NCBI GenBank assembly: GCA_028534125.1
Contig: CM052818.1
Span: forward strand, 46,502,001 to 46,566,000
DNA: 64,000 bases
Reading direction: 5' to 3'
Source: Lama glama
Taxonomy: Eukaryota
Positions 27,301 through 40,560 of this stretch are shown here, in pieces. The first letter of the stretch is position 1, and every line of letters starts with the position of its first letter. A program made the position numbers and the translations under genes. The notes beneath the pieces are model-generated. The model worked only from the letters and a program-made list of their open reading frames with translations. It searched no databases and was not told the DNA's origin.

Positions 27301-27859
27301 AAGCCAAATTCATTGTCCTTGAATCCTTGGCTTCTTTCTTTTTTGCTGAAGCACATCCTCAAGCAACTTCCAAAGAAAGAGAGCACAGAAAGTAAGTTTT
27401 CTTAGTCTTTCTGTGTTTGAAATTCTTTTCGTGTGACTTTAGGTTGAAAATAACTTTCCCTCACAACGTTTAAGGCATCACGGCATTAATTCTCAGGGTA
27501 CAGTACTGCTGATGAGAAGTCTGATGTGAGTGGTTGACCTGATTTCTTTCTTGAGGATTCCTAGGATTGTCCGCTTTCCTTGATGTTCTTAAATTTCACG
27601 TTCCGTCTGTGTGGATCCTTGGTCAGTTCATTCACGTCGAAGGTTCCTGCTCTTTAGCTCTGGGAAGTCCTCTGGAATTACTTCCTAGTAACTTCTTTCC
27701 TCTTTTCTCTGTTGATGTTGCCGTTTTGTTTCTGGAACTCTTATTTGTTAGATATTGATGGATGAATTCTGTCTCGCTTGCTACCCAGGTCTTTTGGAAA
27801 CTTCCCATGACTTTATATTCCAACCTGTGATAGATTTTATTTTCCAAAAGTGGTCGCGG

Positions 27860-28330
27860 TAGTATTTCTGGTACTTGTCACTCCCTGTCAAGAGGTGGAA
27901 TCTATTTCCCCTCGCCTGGAACTTGGACAGGTTTGTGGCTGCTCCAGCTAGCAGAGTGTAGTGGAAGGGATGCTGTGTGGCTTCAGGGGTCAGGTCACCA
28001 AAAGGCCACAGCTTCTTCGCTGTGAGTGTGCATGTGGCTCTCCTTCTGTCCATCTGTCTCTCTCTCTCTCTCTCTCAGCAAGCTTGTGCTTGGAACCCAG
28101 CCATCATGTTGTGAGGGAGCCCAGGGCACCCAGAGAGGCCACGTGAAGGAGTTTGAACCTACAGTCCCAGCTGATCTGGGAGCAGAGTGAGCCTTCAGGT
28201 AATTCCAGCCCCTGGCTGATGTTCAGCAGAGCAGGGATGAGCTCTCCCTGCCAGGTCATGCTCAAATTGCAGATTCAAGAGCAAAAGATGTATTACTGTT
28301 TTAAGCCACCAAGTTCAAGGGTAATTTTTA
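27860..28330 (+). mobile_element. MaLR LTR (MLT1 family)
   Basis: aagaggtggaatctatttcccctcgcctggaacttgg...ggaacccagccatcatgttgtgagggagccca...tactgttttaagccaccaagtt is the MLT1 pattern. Confidence 0.7.
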
Positions 28331-28559
28331 TGTCATCAAATTTCTCATTTTGGCAGTCCTGTTCTTTAAAATGTTTATTGAAGCATAACTTACACAGGTC
28401 TGAAATGTGCAGTTTGATCAGTTTTGGCAAATGCATATATACTTTCCTGTGTAGCTAACCCTTTTGGAGGTGCTCTTGGTAGACCAGGTGTTGAGTTGAA
28501 AGAAATTGGTAGGAATTTGGTTATAATATAAATAGGATAGGAAGCTATTGGATTTTTCA

Positions 28560-29600
28560 AAATGAACTTTTGATTTTAGAACAGTTTTAGATTTCCAGAG
28601 AGTAGTGAAGATATTGTGGAAAGCTCCCCTATAACCCACATCCACTTTTTCCTGGCATTAATGTGTTATGTTCGTCTGGTCCTTTATCACAATGAGTGAA
28701 CCAGAATTGGTACATTATTATTAACTAAACTGCATGCTTTATTTGGATTTCCTTAGTTTTTTCTGAAGATCTATATTAACTCAGGCTGTCATAACAAAAT
28801 ACCAGAGACTGGGTGACTTCAACATTTATTTCTTATGGTTCTGGAGGCTGAAGTGTGAGATGAGGGTGCCATTGTGGTCAGGTGCTGGTGAGACTGCTCT
28901 CCTTGGCTTAAAGATGGCTGCCTTTTCACTGTATGTTCATATGGCCTTTCCTTGGTGTGTGTGTGTCTGTGTGTAACTGGGGTGGGAGGAGGAAGATGGG
29001 GAGGAAGAGGCCAGGAGCTCCCTCTCTGATAGCTGTTCTTATAAGGGCACTAATCCCATCATGAGGGCCCCACCCTTGTGACCTAATTACATCCCAAAGG
29101 CTTCATCTCCAAATCCCACACATTGGAGGTTAGGGCTTCAGTGTATGAACTTGGGGGGGGTAGAAATACTCAGTCTACAACAAGGTCCTTTCTGTTCAGG
29201 ATGTTTCCACTTGCATGTAGTTGCCGTGTTTCTTTGGGTTCCTCCCAGACTGTGTCAGTTTCTCAGACTTTCCTTATTTTTAATGACCTGACAGCTTCAA
29301 AGGTCATCAAGGAGTTGGCTGAATGCCCCTCAAGTAGGATTTGTCTGATGTTTTCCTCATGACCAGTCTGGCTTGTGGATGTTTGGAGGGACCAGCACAG
29401 AGGTGCAGTGTCATTTCTGTCGTGTGATACCCAGGGCATGTGCTTTTCACCTGACTTACCACTGCTGGTGTTAACTGGTCACCTGGCTGAGGTGGTGCTT
29501 GGCAGGGCTCTCTGCTGAAGCTTCTCTTTTCACCCCCGCTTCTCACATTGTGCTCTGGAAGAAGGCCACCGAGCAGCCCACACTTGGGGGGAGCCATCTG
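28560..29600 (-). mobile_element. Old L1M (L1MC/MD-like) 3' fragment split by an MLT1 LTR
   Basis: ttttagaacagttttagattt...tacattattattaactaaact...ttagtttt, resuming after 29182 with cagtttctcagactttccttatttttaatgacc...gatttgtctgatgttttcctcatga. Confidence 0.6.
28772..29182 (-). mobile_element. MLT1A-like MaLR solo LTR nested in the L1M fragment
   Basis: ggctgtcataacaaaataccagagactgggtgactt...ttctggaggctg...ttataagggcactaatcccatcatgagggccccaccct...tcagtctacaaca; flanks AGATC/AGGTC (5-bp TSD, 1 mismatch). Confidence 0.8.
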
Positions 29601-29870
29601 ACAGTGCTGCACAGAGGAGTGAGCTCGTCCGATTTACCGTTAGTGTGAGGAAGGCGAGAGTGAGCCTTTGGGGAGCTCCAAAAGAGGTGGCCTTTGGAGC
29701 GTGGGAAGGGAAGGATCGAGAGCTTCCTGTGGCCGCGTTAGGTGTGGGGAGCTTGTTAGACTTTGAAGTAGACGTGCCGAGTAGCCCAGTGACCGTGAGT
29801 CTGGAGCTCAGGATACGGGGCAGGGCTCAGCATTCAGTGAGAGAATTCCATTGTGCTTTCACACTCAGAA

Positions 29871-31906
29871 TTTTTTTTTTAAACATTTTTTTAATTGAGT
29901 TATAGTCATTTTACAATGTGTCAAATTCCAGTGTAGAGCACAATTTTTCAGTTATACATGAACATACATACATTCGTTGTCACATTCTCTTTTGCTGTGA
30001 GCCACCGCAAGATCCTGTATATATTTCCCTGTGCTACACAGTACAATCTTGTTTATCTATTCTACTTTTTGAAATCCCAGTCTGTCCCTTCCCATCTCCT
30101 GTCCCCTTGGCAACCACAAGTTTATATTCTGTCTGTGAGTCTGTTTGTTTCGTATTTATGTTTATTTTTCCCTAGATTCCACATATGAGTGATCTCGTAT
30201 GGTATTTTTCTTTCTCTTTCTGGCTTATTTCATTTAGAATGACATTCTCCAGGGACATCCATGTTGCTGCAAGTGGCGTTATGTTGTCGGTTTTTATGGC
30301 TCAATAGTATTCCATTGTATAAATATACCAAAACTTCTTTATCCAGTCATCTGTTGATGGACATTAGGCTGTCTCCATGTCTTGGCTATTGTAAATAGTG
30401 CTGCTATGAACATTGGGGTGCAGGTGTCATCCTGAAGTAGGGTTCCTTCTGGATATATGCCCAGGAGCGGGATTCCTGGGTCATACAGTAAGTATATTCT
30501 TAGTCTTTTGAGGAATCTCCATACTGTTTTCCACAGTGGCTGCACCAAACTGCATTCCCACCAGCAGTGTAGGAGGATTCCCTTTTTTCCACAGCCTCTC
30601 CAGCATTTGTCATTTGTGGACTTTTGAATGATGGCCATTTTGACTGGTGTGAGGTGNNNNNNNNNNNNNNNNNNNNNNNNNNNNNNNNNNNNNNNNNNNN
30701 NNNNNNNNNNNNNNNNNNNNNNNNNNNNNNNNNNNNNNNNNNNNNNNNNNNNNNNNNNNNNNNNNNNNNNNNNNNNNNNNNNNNNNNNNNNNNNNNNNNN
30801 NNNNNNNNNNNNNNNNNNNNNNNNNNNNNNNNNNNNNNNNNNNNNNNNNNNNNNNNNNNNNNNNNNNNNNNNNNNNNNNNNNNNNNNNNNNNNNNNNNNN
30901 NNNNNNNNNNNNNNNNNNNNNNNNNNNNNNNNNNNNNNNNNNNNNNNNNNNNNNNNNNNNNNNNNNNNNNNNNNNNNNNNNNNNNNNNNNNNNNNNNNNN
31001 NNNNNNNNNNNNNNNNNNNNNNNNNNNNNNNNNNNNNNNNNNNNNNNNNNNNNNNNNNNNNNNNNNNNNNNNNNNNNNNNNNNNNNNNNNNNNNNNNNNN
31101 NNNNNNNNNNNNNNNNNNNNNNNNNNNNNNNNNNNNNNNNNNNNNNNNNNNNNNNNATCATTTGTATTTCTTCCTTGGAGAATTGCTTGTTTAGGTCTTC
31201 TGCCCATTTTTGGATTGAGTTGTTTGTTTTTTTCTTATTAAGTCGTATGAGCTGCTTATATAGTCTGGAGATCAAGCCTTTGTCGGTTTCATTTGCAAAA
31301 GTTTTCTCCCATTCTGTAGGCTGTCTTTTTGTTTTACTTATGGTTTCCTTTGCTGTGCAGAAGCTTGTAAGTTTAATTAGGTCCCGTTTGTTTATTCTTG
31401 CTTTTATTTCTATTGCTTGGGTAGACTGCCTTAGGAGAGCATTTTTGAGATGTATGTCAGAGAATGTTTTGCCTATATTTTCTTCTAGGAGGTTTATTGT
31501 ATCTTGTCTTACATTTAAGCCTTTGATCCATTTTGAGTTGATTTTTATGTATGGTGTAAGGGAGTGTTCTAGCTTCATTGCTTTACATGCTGCTGTCCAG
31601 TTTTCCCAACACCATTTGATGAAGAGACTGTCTTTATTTCATTGTATATTCTTGCCTCCTTTGCTGAAGATTAGTTGACCAAAAGTTTGTGGGTTCATTT
31701 CTGGGCTCTCTATTCTGTTCCACTGGTCCATATGTCTCTTTTTGTACCAATACCATGCTGTTTTGATTCCTGTAGCTCTGTAGTATTGTCTGAAGTCTGG
31801 GAGAGTTATTCCTCCAGCCTCTTTCTTTTTCTTCAGTAATGCTTTGGCAATTCTAGGTCTTTTGTGGTTCCATATAAATTTTATTATGATTTGCTTTAGT
31901 TCTGTG
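29871..31906 (-). mobile_element. Relatively young L1 (ORF2 C-terminal part, 3' UTR, polyA), spanning an assembly gap
   Basis: Long open ORF2 segments ([19 protein letters not shown]...; [19 protein letters not shown]...LLGIYP...TPMFIAALFTIAKTW); T-tract at 29871. Confidence 0.95.
30657..31156. other. Assembly gap (500 N)
   Basis: Run of N. Confidence 1.
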
Positions 31907-32799
31907 AGAATTTGTTTTGATAAAATAAAGAACCTGTGGTAGTTAGATTAGAATGATGCAAAAAAACTGAAATCAGACAAACGTCCTTTTTGAGAGCATT
32001 GTGAAGAAAAAGAGGAAAACAGGTGACTTTGGACGGTGTGAGTGGCCCTGTGTCCCGGCTGTCATAGCCAGCTGAGTGGTGGAGAATTCAGAAGTTGATC
32101 TGAATGTCTTGTAGCTGTCAGGAAGAGACATGGGATGTTTTAGTTTCTTCCCTGAGGAGCTGTGTACATATATTTTTGGGGAAAGGGCCTCCAAGACAAC
32201 CAGCATGCCAGTGTGTTCGCTTTTCTCCTCCTCAGAAGGACGCCAGTGAGGAGTGGGGGGCCTCCCACAAGCTGGGTTTGAGGTGGCTGCGTCTTCTTTC
32301 CGGCAGGACGTGGCCCTGAGGCCCCTTCTGCCCCCTCCTGTTCACGCTCCCCTGTCTGTGACCAGTGCAGGGTGACTGGCTTTTGTGTCTTGGGCCCTCT
32401 CCTCATGATGGTGAAGATGGAGGGAGTGAGGGATTTATATTACTTGGTGCCATTATAGGACTTTCTGAAGATATTTGACAGTTACACATAAAATCACATA
32501 ACGTTTGACCAGTGGCACTGGTGACTTACGTGTAAGTTGATACATGCACAGAAGTTGGTCCAGTATTACTAAGGAAGTGGAGTAAGTGAATAATATTAGG
32601 GAATCTAAAGCACTTTCTTTTTCCCTTTTCTCCCCCAACATTTTTCACTTGTTTTTAGAGCCTTTTATATCAGTACATCTTCTTTTTTCTGGGGAGTTGA
32701 TTTTAAAAATCAGGTTTGCAGGGGATTATATACCAACACTGTGTGCTGTCAGAGGGTCGTGAAACTCTCGCCCTTACTTCCAGCTTCAGGAAAACCTTT

Positions 32800-33975
32800 C
32801 CAGGCTCCCTCTTGGGGCTCATCCAGGAGAGGAGTGATTTCCGGAATTTTGGCTTTATCATTTCCTTGCTTTTCTTCATAGTGTGTGTATCTGTAACAAC
32901 ATCACGTTTAGTTTTGCTCAGCTTTGCCTTTTGACCTTTGTTTAAATGATTCTGAGTCTGGCTTCCTCACTGTTACTTCTGCCAGGTGTATTTATTTATG
33001 TTGGTAGCTGTAGCTGCAGTCCTTTCATTTTCATTCTTCTCTGGTGTGAATTTCCCGTGACTTACTTGAGTTCTCCTGTCCAAGGCCATCCATGTGGTTC
33101 CAGTTTTTTATTGTATAAGCAGTGCTGCGGTGAACGTTCCTGCTCACGTGTCCTCGCACATATGCAGGAGTTTCTCTGAGTTTACCTCCCTAGGGGACGG
33201 GTAGAATTACGGTCATGGAAAATGGTCTTTAACATCAGTAAATAATACCAAACTGTTTTCCAAAGTGGTTATAGCAGCCTGCGTTCCCACCACAGTGTAT
33301 TGAAATTCTTTTCTTCCTCATCCTCCCCGGCACTTAGATCCTGCTGTTACCGGGTTGATACATTTTGGCCAGTCTCGTGGGTATGAAAAGGTATCTTGTG
33401 ATTTTAATTTTCATTTTTCCTGAACACAGGTTAGCGTGTTTTCATATAGTTAGTTCCTAGCTATTTGTGTTTCCTCTTCTGTGAAATGCTTATTCCTGTC
33501 TTTTGCTTATTTTTAAATTAGGCAGTTTGTTCTTTTCATACTGATTTTTAGAGACTCTTTCTGTTTTGGATTTGAATTCTTTCTCCATTTTATGTGTGTT
33601 GTAAAATACCTTCTCCCAGTTTGTAGCTTGATTTTCCATCTTCCTTGTGGTGCCTTTTGATGGAGAAGTTCTTGATTATTTATTTATTTAAAAAGTAATT
33701 GTAAAAATTAAAAAATCGTGATAACATATATAAATATATAAAATTTACAGTCTTAACCATTAAATAAAATTCTCTAATTAAAAAAACTTTGAACAACAAC
33801 ATTTTTGACTGTAAAGTTTGCTAGTGTTGAGTATATTCACATTGCTGTGCGACTGATCTCCAGAACTTTTTCATCTTGCAGAATGGGAACTGCATACCAT
33901 TAGACAACTCTCTACCTGCCCCCTCCCCGCAACTCCCGGTAACCGCCATTCTACTTTCTGTTTCTATGAATTTGA
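32800..33975 (-). mobile_element. Old L1M fragments (L1ME/L1MB-like)
   Basis: aataccaaactgttttccaaagtggtt...cccaccacagtgtat and atattcacattgctgtgc...ctccagaactttttcatcttgca...ccattctactttctgtttctatgaatttgact. Confidence 0.65.
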
Positions 33976-35639
33976 CTTTTCTAGCTACTTCGTGTCAGTG
34001 GAGCTCCCCTTATGGGGTCCAGTCCTGCTCCACCAGAGTCCAGCTGGCCAAGTGGGCAGACCAAGTCAGATAAAGGATCAGAAGTACGAATGATGTTTGG
34101 GGTCTTTGCTTTCTGTTTTTTGTTTTTTTGGTACATTTCATACTCTAGAAGTGTAGATAGAAGTTATTCTTATTTTCATATTAAGAAACCGTGGCATCCA
34201 GAGGTTGTAAGTGCCAGAGATTCCTTGGTCAGGGCCAGAGCAAGGCTTTGTGTTTGTGGTTTATTAGGTCGGAATGAGCGGCTGTCTTTACGTCCGCGGC
34301 TGCCAGCCTGCTGTGATGTGCTGGTGCCGCTCACAGGAGACGTTCCCGTCCTGTGCGCCTGGTTTTGTGTATGTAGATCCCAGCAAACTAGTTGCATCTT
34401 GATTGCTTTCTTCTTTGAGGGGAATCTTTCTTAAAGTAAATTGTTCACAAACTTGACTGTTTTAACTTTCATTAGTAATACGTTATTTGTGACACTCCTC
34501 AGAACGGAGCTACTTTCCTGTGATTCATAATTGCTGCCTTTGACTATTTAATTATGGTGACTTACTTTATCAGCTGTGTGGCGCTGCTTAACGTTCACCT
34601 TGGAGCTGGTGTGAATATTTGATAATCTGTGATGTGCAGATGGTCGTGCAGCTGTGGCTTCCTTCCTGGCCCCGGAGCAGAGACCTGTTAGGAGTTTGCC
34701 GGCAGAGTCAGCCTATCATGACTGAGTGGAGCCTTGCCTCCCCTTACACCCCACGTGATAGGATCCTCGTTGGTCTGTGATTGATTTCCCACATGTCACC
34801 ATATAGTTTGGAAGCCAAATACTCACTGTGATTTATATCAAAGAATCACTTTTTAGCTCATGCTTAATATTAAGATGGCATCAAGCAATAGGGAGGAGAG
34901 ATTATACATCTGTTTGGGATAATATGGTGATCTGGATAAGACAGAACCGAATATGAGTTTGCAGGTATTTAGTAACACGTGTCTGGTAAGTGGGGGTCAT
35001 ATGCCAGAAATAGGTGCTTAGGAATGTGGTAAACAAAATAGACCCAAATCCCTGTGCTTGTGAAGTGTGCATTTTAGTGATCATCTGAATGATTTACTAG
35101 AGGATAATTCACAGTGTGTGCCATCGAGAGGCATAATGATTGATTGTGATTTTTTGGGTGGCAGTGTCTGAAACCTTGTAAAAGTTCTGAAAAAAAAAAA
35201 GAAATTAAAAGTGCTTAAGTCGGCTCATTCAGATAATGTGTTGCTTAAGTGCTTGATGGCTAAGTTTTTCAAAGGCAAAGTGTTCAGATTCCAAGCTAAT
35301 CATTAAAAGTCAGTATTTTTTATATTGACATAATCTTTATTGAAAAGTGTACTGTTTTTGATGGGAGGCAGTATAATTTCAAAACCAATATGTTTGCAAT
35401 TTGTGATATTGTATTGAACTGAAATCTGATGATAATGAGGCAGCCCAGAAGAAAAGTGAGTTTTTTTGCATCATTTGAAGCCTTATGTAATTAATAGGTC
35501 AGCTGAAATTGACCTTTTTTTTTTTTTTTTTTTACAAGGTGGGTGCTTTTTACGCAGGAGCACCTTGGCCCCTGGAAAAAATGCTTTTCAAGTTTAAATC
35601 ACTGTTCTTATTTGGACTAAAGCTTCTGATAGTCATAGC

Positions 35640-36660
35640 AGAATTGAATGAATGAATGAAATTAATGAATACATTTTGTTAGAAAATATAATAAATAAGT
35701 GCACAGGTTCACAAAATAATTTTACATAGTGACGTGTACTGTGAAGTCAGTGAAATGAGATGTAGTGTGTGTGTTTTAAAATGATCAGGAATGCTACTTC
35801 AGCTTGTGAGGTCTGTGAAGCTTTTGAAGATGTGATGTTTGAGTTCTGATGTGAAGGGTGAAGTATGTGCATTTTGTGCGTTCTGGGTACCGGAGTGGAA
35901 GGCCTTGGCCTTGAGGTGGTGATGAATTTGGTGTGTTAGGGAAGCTCAGGGGGTTGAAAGGTGGTCAGTGAGAGAGTGGGAGTGAGGCTAGGGATGGGGG
36001 CCTGGCTCTTTGAGGGCAGAGTAAGGAGTTAAGATTTTATTTTAGACAGGGATTCTGCTAGCTAGAGCATTTTTGGGGAGGGCAAGTGGTAATTAGATAA
36101 TTTGTTTATTTATTTAGTGGAATCACTGGGGATTGAACACAGGACCTCATGCATGCTAAGCATGTGCTCTACCACTGAGCTATACCTGCACTCCCTTCTA
36201 GCCAGAGCATTTTAAAGCTGAGGATTGATGTGATCAAATGACTGACTGGAGAGCCTGACTTGGAGAGGCAAGAGACGAAATAGTACAACCTAGCATGCTT
36301 GGTTGTCCAGGCGAGAAGAGATGGCCATAGTGGAGTTGGGGACTGGGGCATGCATGGGCACACATATAATTTGGAGACGGAGCTAAAAGAACTTTGGGAT
36401 GGAGTCTGTGTGGAAGGTAAGAAGTGGGTGATTCCTAGGTGTTTGCCTGAGCAGCTGACTTTGTGATGGTGCATTTACTGATGGGAAAATCTGGGGAGAA
36501 GTTGGTAGTGGGGGGGTGTAGGAGTACCCTTTTGGCAGCAGATCATTCAGAGAGGAGGTTGAGTGGGCAGCTGGATAAACTAGCCTGAAGCTCTGCAGAG
36601 CGGTCAAGACTGAAATGACAAAGTTGGGTGTCAACAACGTAGAGATGAACTCCTGGGAGA
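35640..36660 (-). mobile_element. L2 LINE fragment containing a nested SINE
   Basis: gaatgaatgaatgaa L2 tail, then purine-rich L2 body (gtccaggcgagaagagatgg, gattcctaggtgtttgcctgagcagctg, gagtgggcagctggata). Confidence 0.55.
36074..36197 (-). mobile_element. tRNA-derived SINE (camelid vic-1-like) with 16-bp TSD
   Basis: The minus strand reads ggtaTAGCTCAGTGGtagagcacatgcttagcatgcatgaggtcctgtGTTCAATCCccag (Pol III A and B boxes) plus an AT-rich tail. TSD ctagc(t/c)agagcatttt at 36058-36073 and 36198-36213. Confidence 0.85.
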
Positions 36661-37029
36661 GAATGGAATCTTCAGTTTACTCCTTTAAGTTGAGGAAGTT
36701 GGACTGGATGGTCTTTAGGCTTCTTTTTTTCTGAAAATCAGACATTTATTGAGTTACAGAGACTGTGAAAAACTTGAAGTGATGGGACTCTTCACTAAAA
36801 TTCTTTTAGATTTTTAAACCATGAGAGTGATGAATGGGGAAGAAATTCAGGCAGCTAAATGTTCTCTGTCTATATTCATTCCAAAATTGCATGTCAGTTG
36901 CTGGTCCACAAAGCATGATAATAGAACCGAAATAAAGATCTTTCCAAGAGTAAAGGTAATCTCAATCACATTGTGAGGTTTTCAGTTAAACCCAAATGAT
37001 GGTCAATGTGAATTTATTTTTATTAAAAA

Positions 37030-37430
37030 AATTTAAACAGCTTTATTGATGTGTAATTGATGCACAGTAAACTGTACATTTTAAAGTGTAAAACTGGATG
37101 TTTTGACCTATGCCTCCACCCATGAAACTACCACTGCAGTAAAGATGATGCGTGTCCCTCTCACCACGAGTTTCCTCGAGCCCCTGGTAATACTGCCCTC
37201 TCGCGTCTCCCTGCCCTGCATCCCCGGGCAACCGCTGATCTGCTTTTTGTCAGTATAGATTAGTTTGTATTTTCTAGAAGTTTATATAAATAGAATTACA
37301 ACCTTTTTTCTGAATTACTTTACTCAGTTATTTTGAGATTCATCTGTTGTGTGTGTCACGATAATTGATTCCGTTTTATTGCTAAGAATATCCTGTTGTA
37401 TGGATGTACTAGGATTTATTTATCCAGTCA
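37030..37430 (-). mobile_element. Old L1M 3' end
   Basis: acagctttattgatgtgtaattgatgcacagtaaactgtacattttaaagtgta...ggcaaccgctgatctgcttt...gttattttgagattcatc. Confidence 0.75.
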
Positions 37431-39819
37431 TTGTGAATTTAGACTCCTTACTTTTTCCCTTCAGCAAGTCTTTTGATCTGCTAGTATTATTTGTAACCAC
37501 CTAAGAGATAGATACAGAGGCGTGCACACGCACGCACACCACACCCCCAAACACTTAAGAAAAGGGGCAATGGTTCCTTGTTCTTATGTTTATTCCCCTC
37601 TGTCCTGTTTAGGGATGAGCTCCTTGTTAGTCATCTGTCAGAGCATGTTTGACAGGCAGCGTGGATAGGAAGCAGATCAACCCTTTCTTTGCGTCTGTGT
37701 TCTGTGTGATATTTTGGGATGTGTGTCTGGTGCGTTTATTTTATCAGGAAAACTCATTTCCGTAGATTGCCTTTGCTTGAGGTTCATAATTTAGCAGTGT
37801 GGATGCAATTAATTTAGTACCTTTTGATTTCACAGGTCAATATAAGGAAATTCCTTCTTAGTTCTTAGGAATCTTACGTGGATGGCAAGACTGAAATGAA
37901 ATCCACTCTCATTAACCTGGTGGGTAGAATCGCTAGTGTCCTGATTGAATCACTCGCTTTCCGCTTCTGTTTTGGTGCATGTGGGAAAGCTTACTGCGTT
38001 TTGGTTTCGGTGGATGATCTGAGAATACACTTCAGGATCTGTCTTTAATAAGCCCCCAGGAGTCTGGCTGTTTCAACGACAGCGAGTTTAGCATGGGGTA
38101 GCGGTCATGGCTGTCCGGGCTCTGGCCTCTGTGCCTTTGTCTGGGAAGGGAGAGGAGGAGGTGTGCCCAAGGTGTGGGTGGTCTTCCTGGTGGACGGGGG
38201 GCTTTGCTGGCTACACCCAGGGCGTTTTGTTTTTGTGGGATTAGGGTAGGCAGTTGTCCTGTGATTCAGGAGAGAGGATGGAACCCCGAGGCATCCCAAA
38301 TAAGTGTTTCTGCTTTGTTTCCTCCGGACACCAGTCCGCTGCCTCCCATCCAGCAGCCGCGGTTGTTACGGGGCGTCTGTGTGTCGTCTTGCCCACCTGG
38401 AAGTTTCACGGGTGCTGGGTCTGCCGTGTCTGTGTTGTTGCCTGTGCCTGAACAGTGCCTGCTAGCTCAGTGTTGGGTGCAGTGCCTCTTTAGGCTTTGG
38501 TGTTTATTTTTTTATTTCTGGTTATGAAGTTTCTAATTGTAACAATTAATACTAAGTGCTTTAAGCTTCTAAGAAAGAAGATAAAACACGGACTGTTATA
38601 TTCTTAATAGTGTATACTCCTGAATTTTAAGCAAGCGCTTGAAGCATGATTCCCCCCCGCCACTGTTTCTTTCAGCGAATTAAAAGCACAGAGGGAGCCA
38701 GGCACTGTACTCTGGGATGGGTAGGGATTCACAGATGAATAAAATATGTCCCCAAGCTCCCAAGTGGAGCTCACAGTCTACAGGAAAAGTCAGACTAATA
38801 GGCCACTAAGTGACAAGTGCTGTATAGAACTGATTTAAAAAGTGTCTGGAAGCCCCAGAGTATGCGTGAAGTTTCCATAGTTTCTGGTCAAGGAGTTGAG
38901 TGATCCCATTGACCAAGCTGGGGGCCTTGGAGGAGAGGATTCGTCTTTACCATTTATCTGGAGGGCAGGATTCTTGAATTAAGTGTGCTTTGTGCTGCTT
39001 GACCAAAGTTGCTTCTAACACTGGTGCAGTTTAACTTCCTTCATGCTTGGAAGAGTTGCTTTTCTGTGGCGGTGTCCTAATCACATTTGAAGATGCTTAT
39101 ATCCTTTAAGACATGCCTGCTGTTGTATGAAATTTAGTGGGATGGAACTAGCAGTGCAGATTCAGTGTAGGGAGATGAGATAATTACATTCTTAAATCCC
39201 AGTGTTCAATTTTTGGTTTGGAAATTTGAAAAGAAGCATAAATTACTTTTAAAAAATGTATTTGGGGGTAGATAATAAAAGTGCATGGTGCAAAATAAAA
39301 AGCTGGTCGGGGGTATACAGTGACGGATCCTTTTACCCTGCCCTGTACCCTGATGGGCAGTTACTGTGCCAGTCACTGGGGTGTCCTTCCGGAGAACAGC
39401 GTGGTGGAGGCTGCTGGCTGTTCCCCACAAGTCAGTTCTCCCCTGTCCTGGTGCCCAGCCAGCGCCTTTCCCCGTCCACCCGCGGTGTGGCGGGCGCTGG
39501 TACTGGCTCTTCCCGTGGTGGTGGGGGGGACCGCGGTCTGTGTCCCATTTTCAGGCGGGGGCCCTTTAGAAACAACTGTGCCTTTTGTGTGCTCTCCCAT
39601 TTCCCTTCCTGTGGCTGAGTGCAGCAATGACGAGGTTCTGGGCGATCATACCACAAAATAGGGGGAGCCAGGACCCCTGAACCACCCGCCTGGGAAGGCT
39701 CCGCCCTGACCAGGAATATCTGCTCTGGGCTGTACCTGAACCTCAGTTTTGTTGGCGCCAGTACATAAGCTTTTTATGTGTCTGTTTGTCACAGCACCTA
39801 GTGTTATCATAACTATTAC

Positions 39820-40560
39820 GTACTTACAAAGTTTAACAAAAAATTAAAAAGCCAGTACCTCTGTAACTGCCCTGGACAAGAAGTAGATTATTGCCAGCGC
39901 ACAAAATGCCACTGTGTGCCTCTCAGTGTGGCCTGTTCCCTTCCTGCGTAGACAGCCCGTTTACTGACTTGAGTGATAATCGTCCCACGCTCCCCTTCGT
40001 GGTTTTACCACGTGTGCAGGCACCCCCAAACAATATGGTTTATTGCTTGTTTTGGGGCCTTTTTTACAAATATCTGCTTATATGTTGTAGGTGTTCTACG
40101 AATGAATTCAAGCGATGTACGGCTTCTTTCCTACGGCGTCGTGTATTGAGTTTAATCCACATGTTGTAAGAAGCTATAGTTCTTTCATTTTCATTGTTTT
40201 GTGTAGTTTACTGTTGTATGGATATACCATAATATATTTAGCCATTTTACTACTAATGGGCGTAGGATTTTTTTTCTAACATTTGGCTATGAGGAACAAT
40301 GCAGTTTTGATCATTCTTGTACATGTCTCCTGGTCCCCAGGTTACCCTGCTAAGTAGTGGAGTGGCTGAGTCATTGGGTGTGAGCATCTGTCGTCCTGTA
40401 AGGAAGTGCCAAGCTGTTTTCCAGAGTGTCTGTGGAAGCCGTGTATGAGAGATCCCATTGCTCCACATCATAGTCTACCTTGGTATTGTCAGATTTCAAA
40501 AATTTTGACAATCTGGAGGATATATAATGGTATCTTACGTGGACTTAATTTGTATTATTT
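39820..40560 (-). mobile_element. Old L1ME-like fragment
   Basis: gttgtatggatataccataatatatttagccatt...tggctatgaggaacaatgc...gccaagctgttttccagagtg...cccattgctccacatc...cttggtattgtcagattt. Confidence 0.6.

Noticed and set aside
30500..31578. Long ORFs containing X runs (also 53953-54552)
   Set aside because: Artefacts of translating through N gaps; the real parts are L1 ORF2 remnants.
36120..36195. Possible tRNA gene on the minus strand
   Set aside because: It has an AT-rich tail, a TSD and a second degenerate copy, and no convincing acceptor stem. It is a tRNA-derived SINE.
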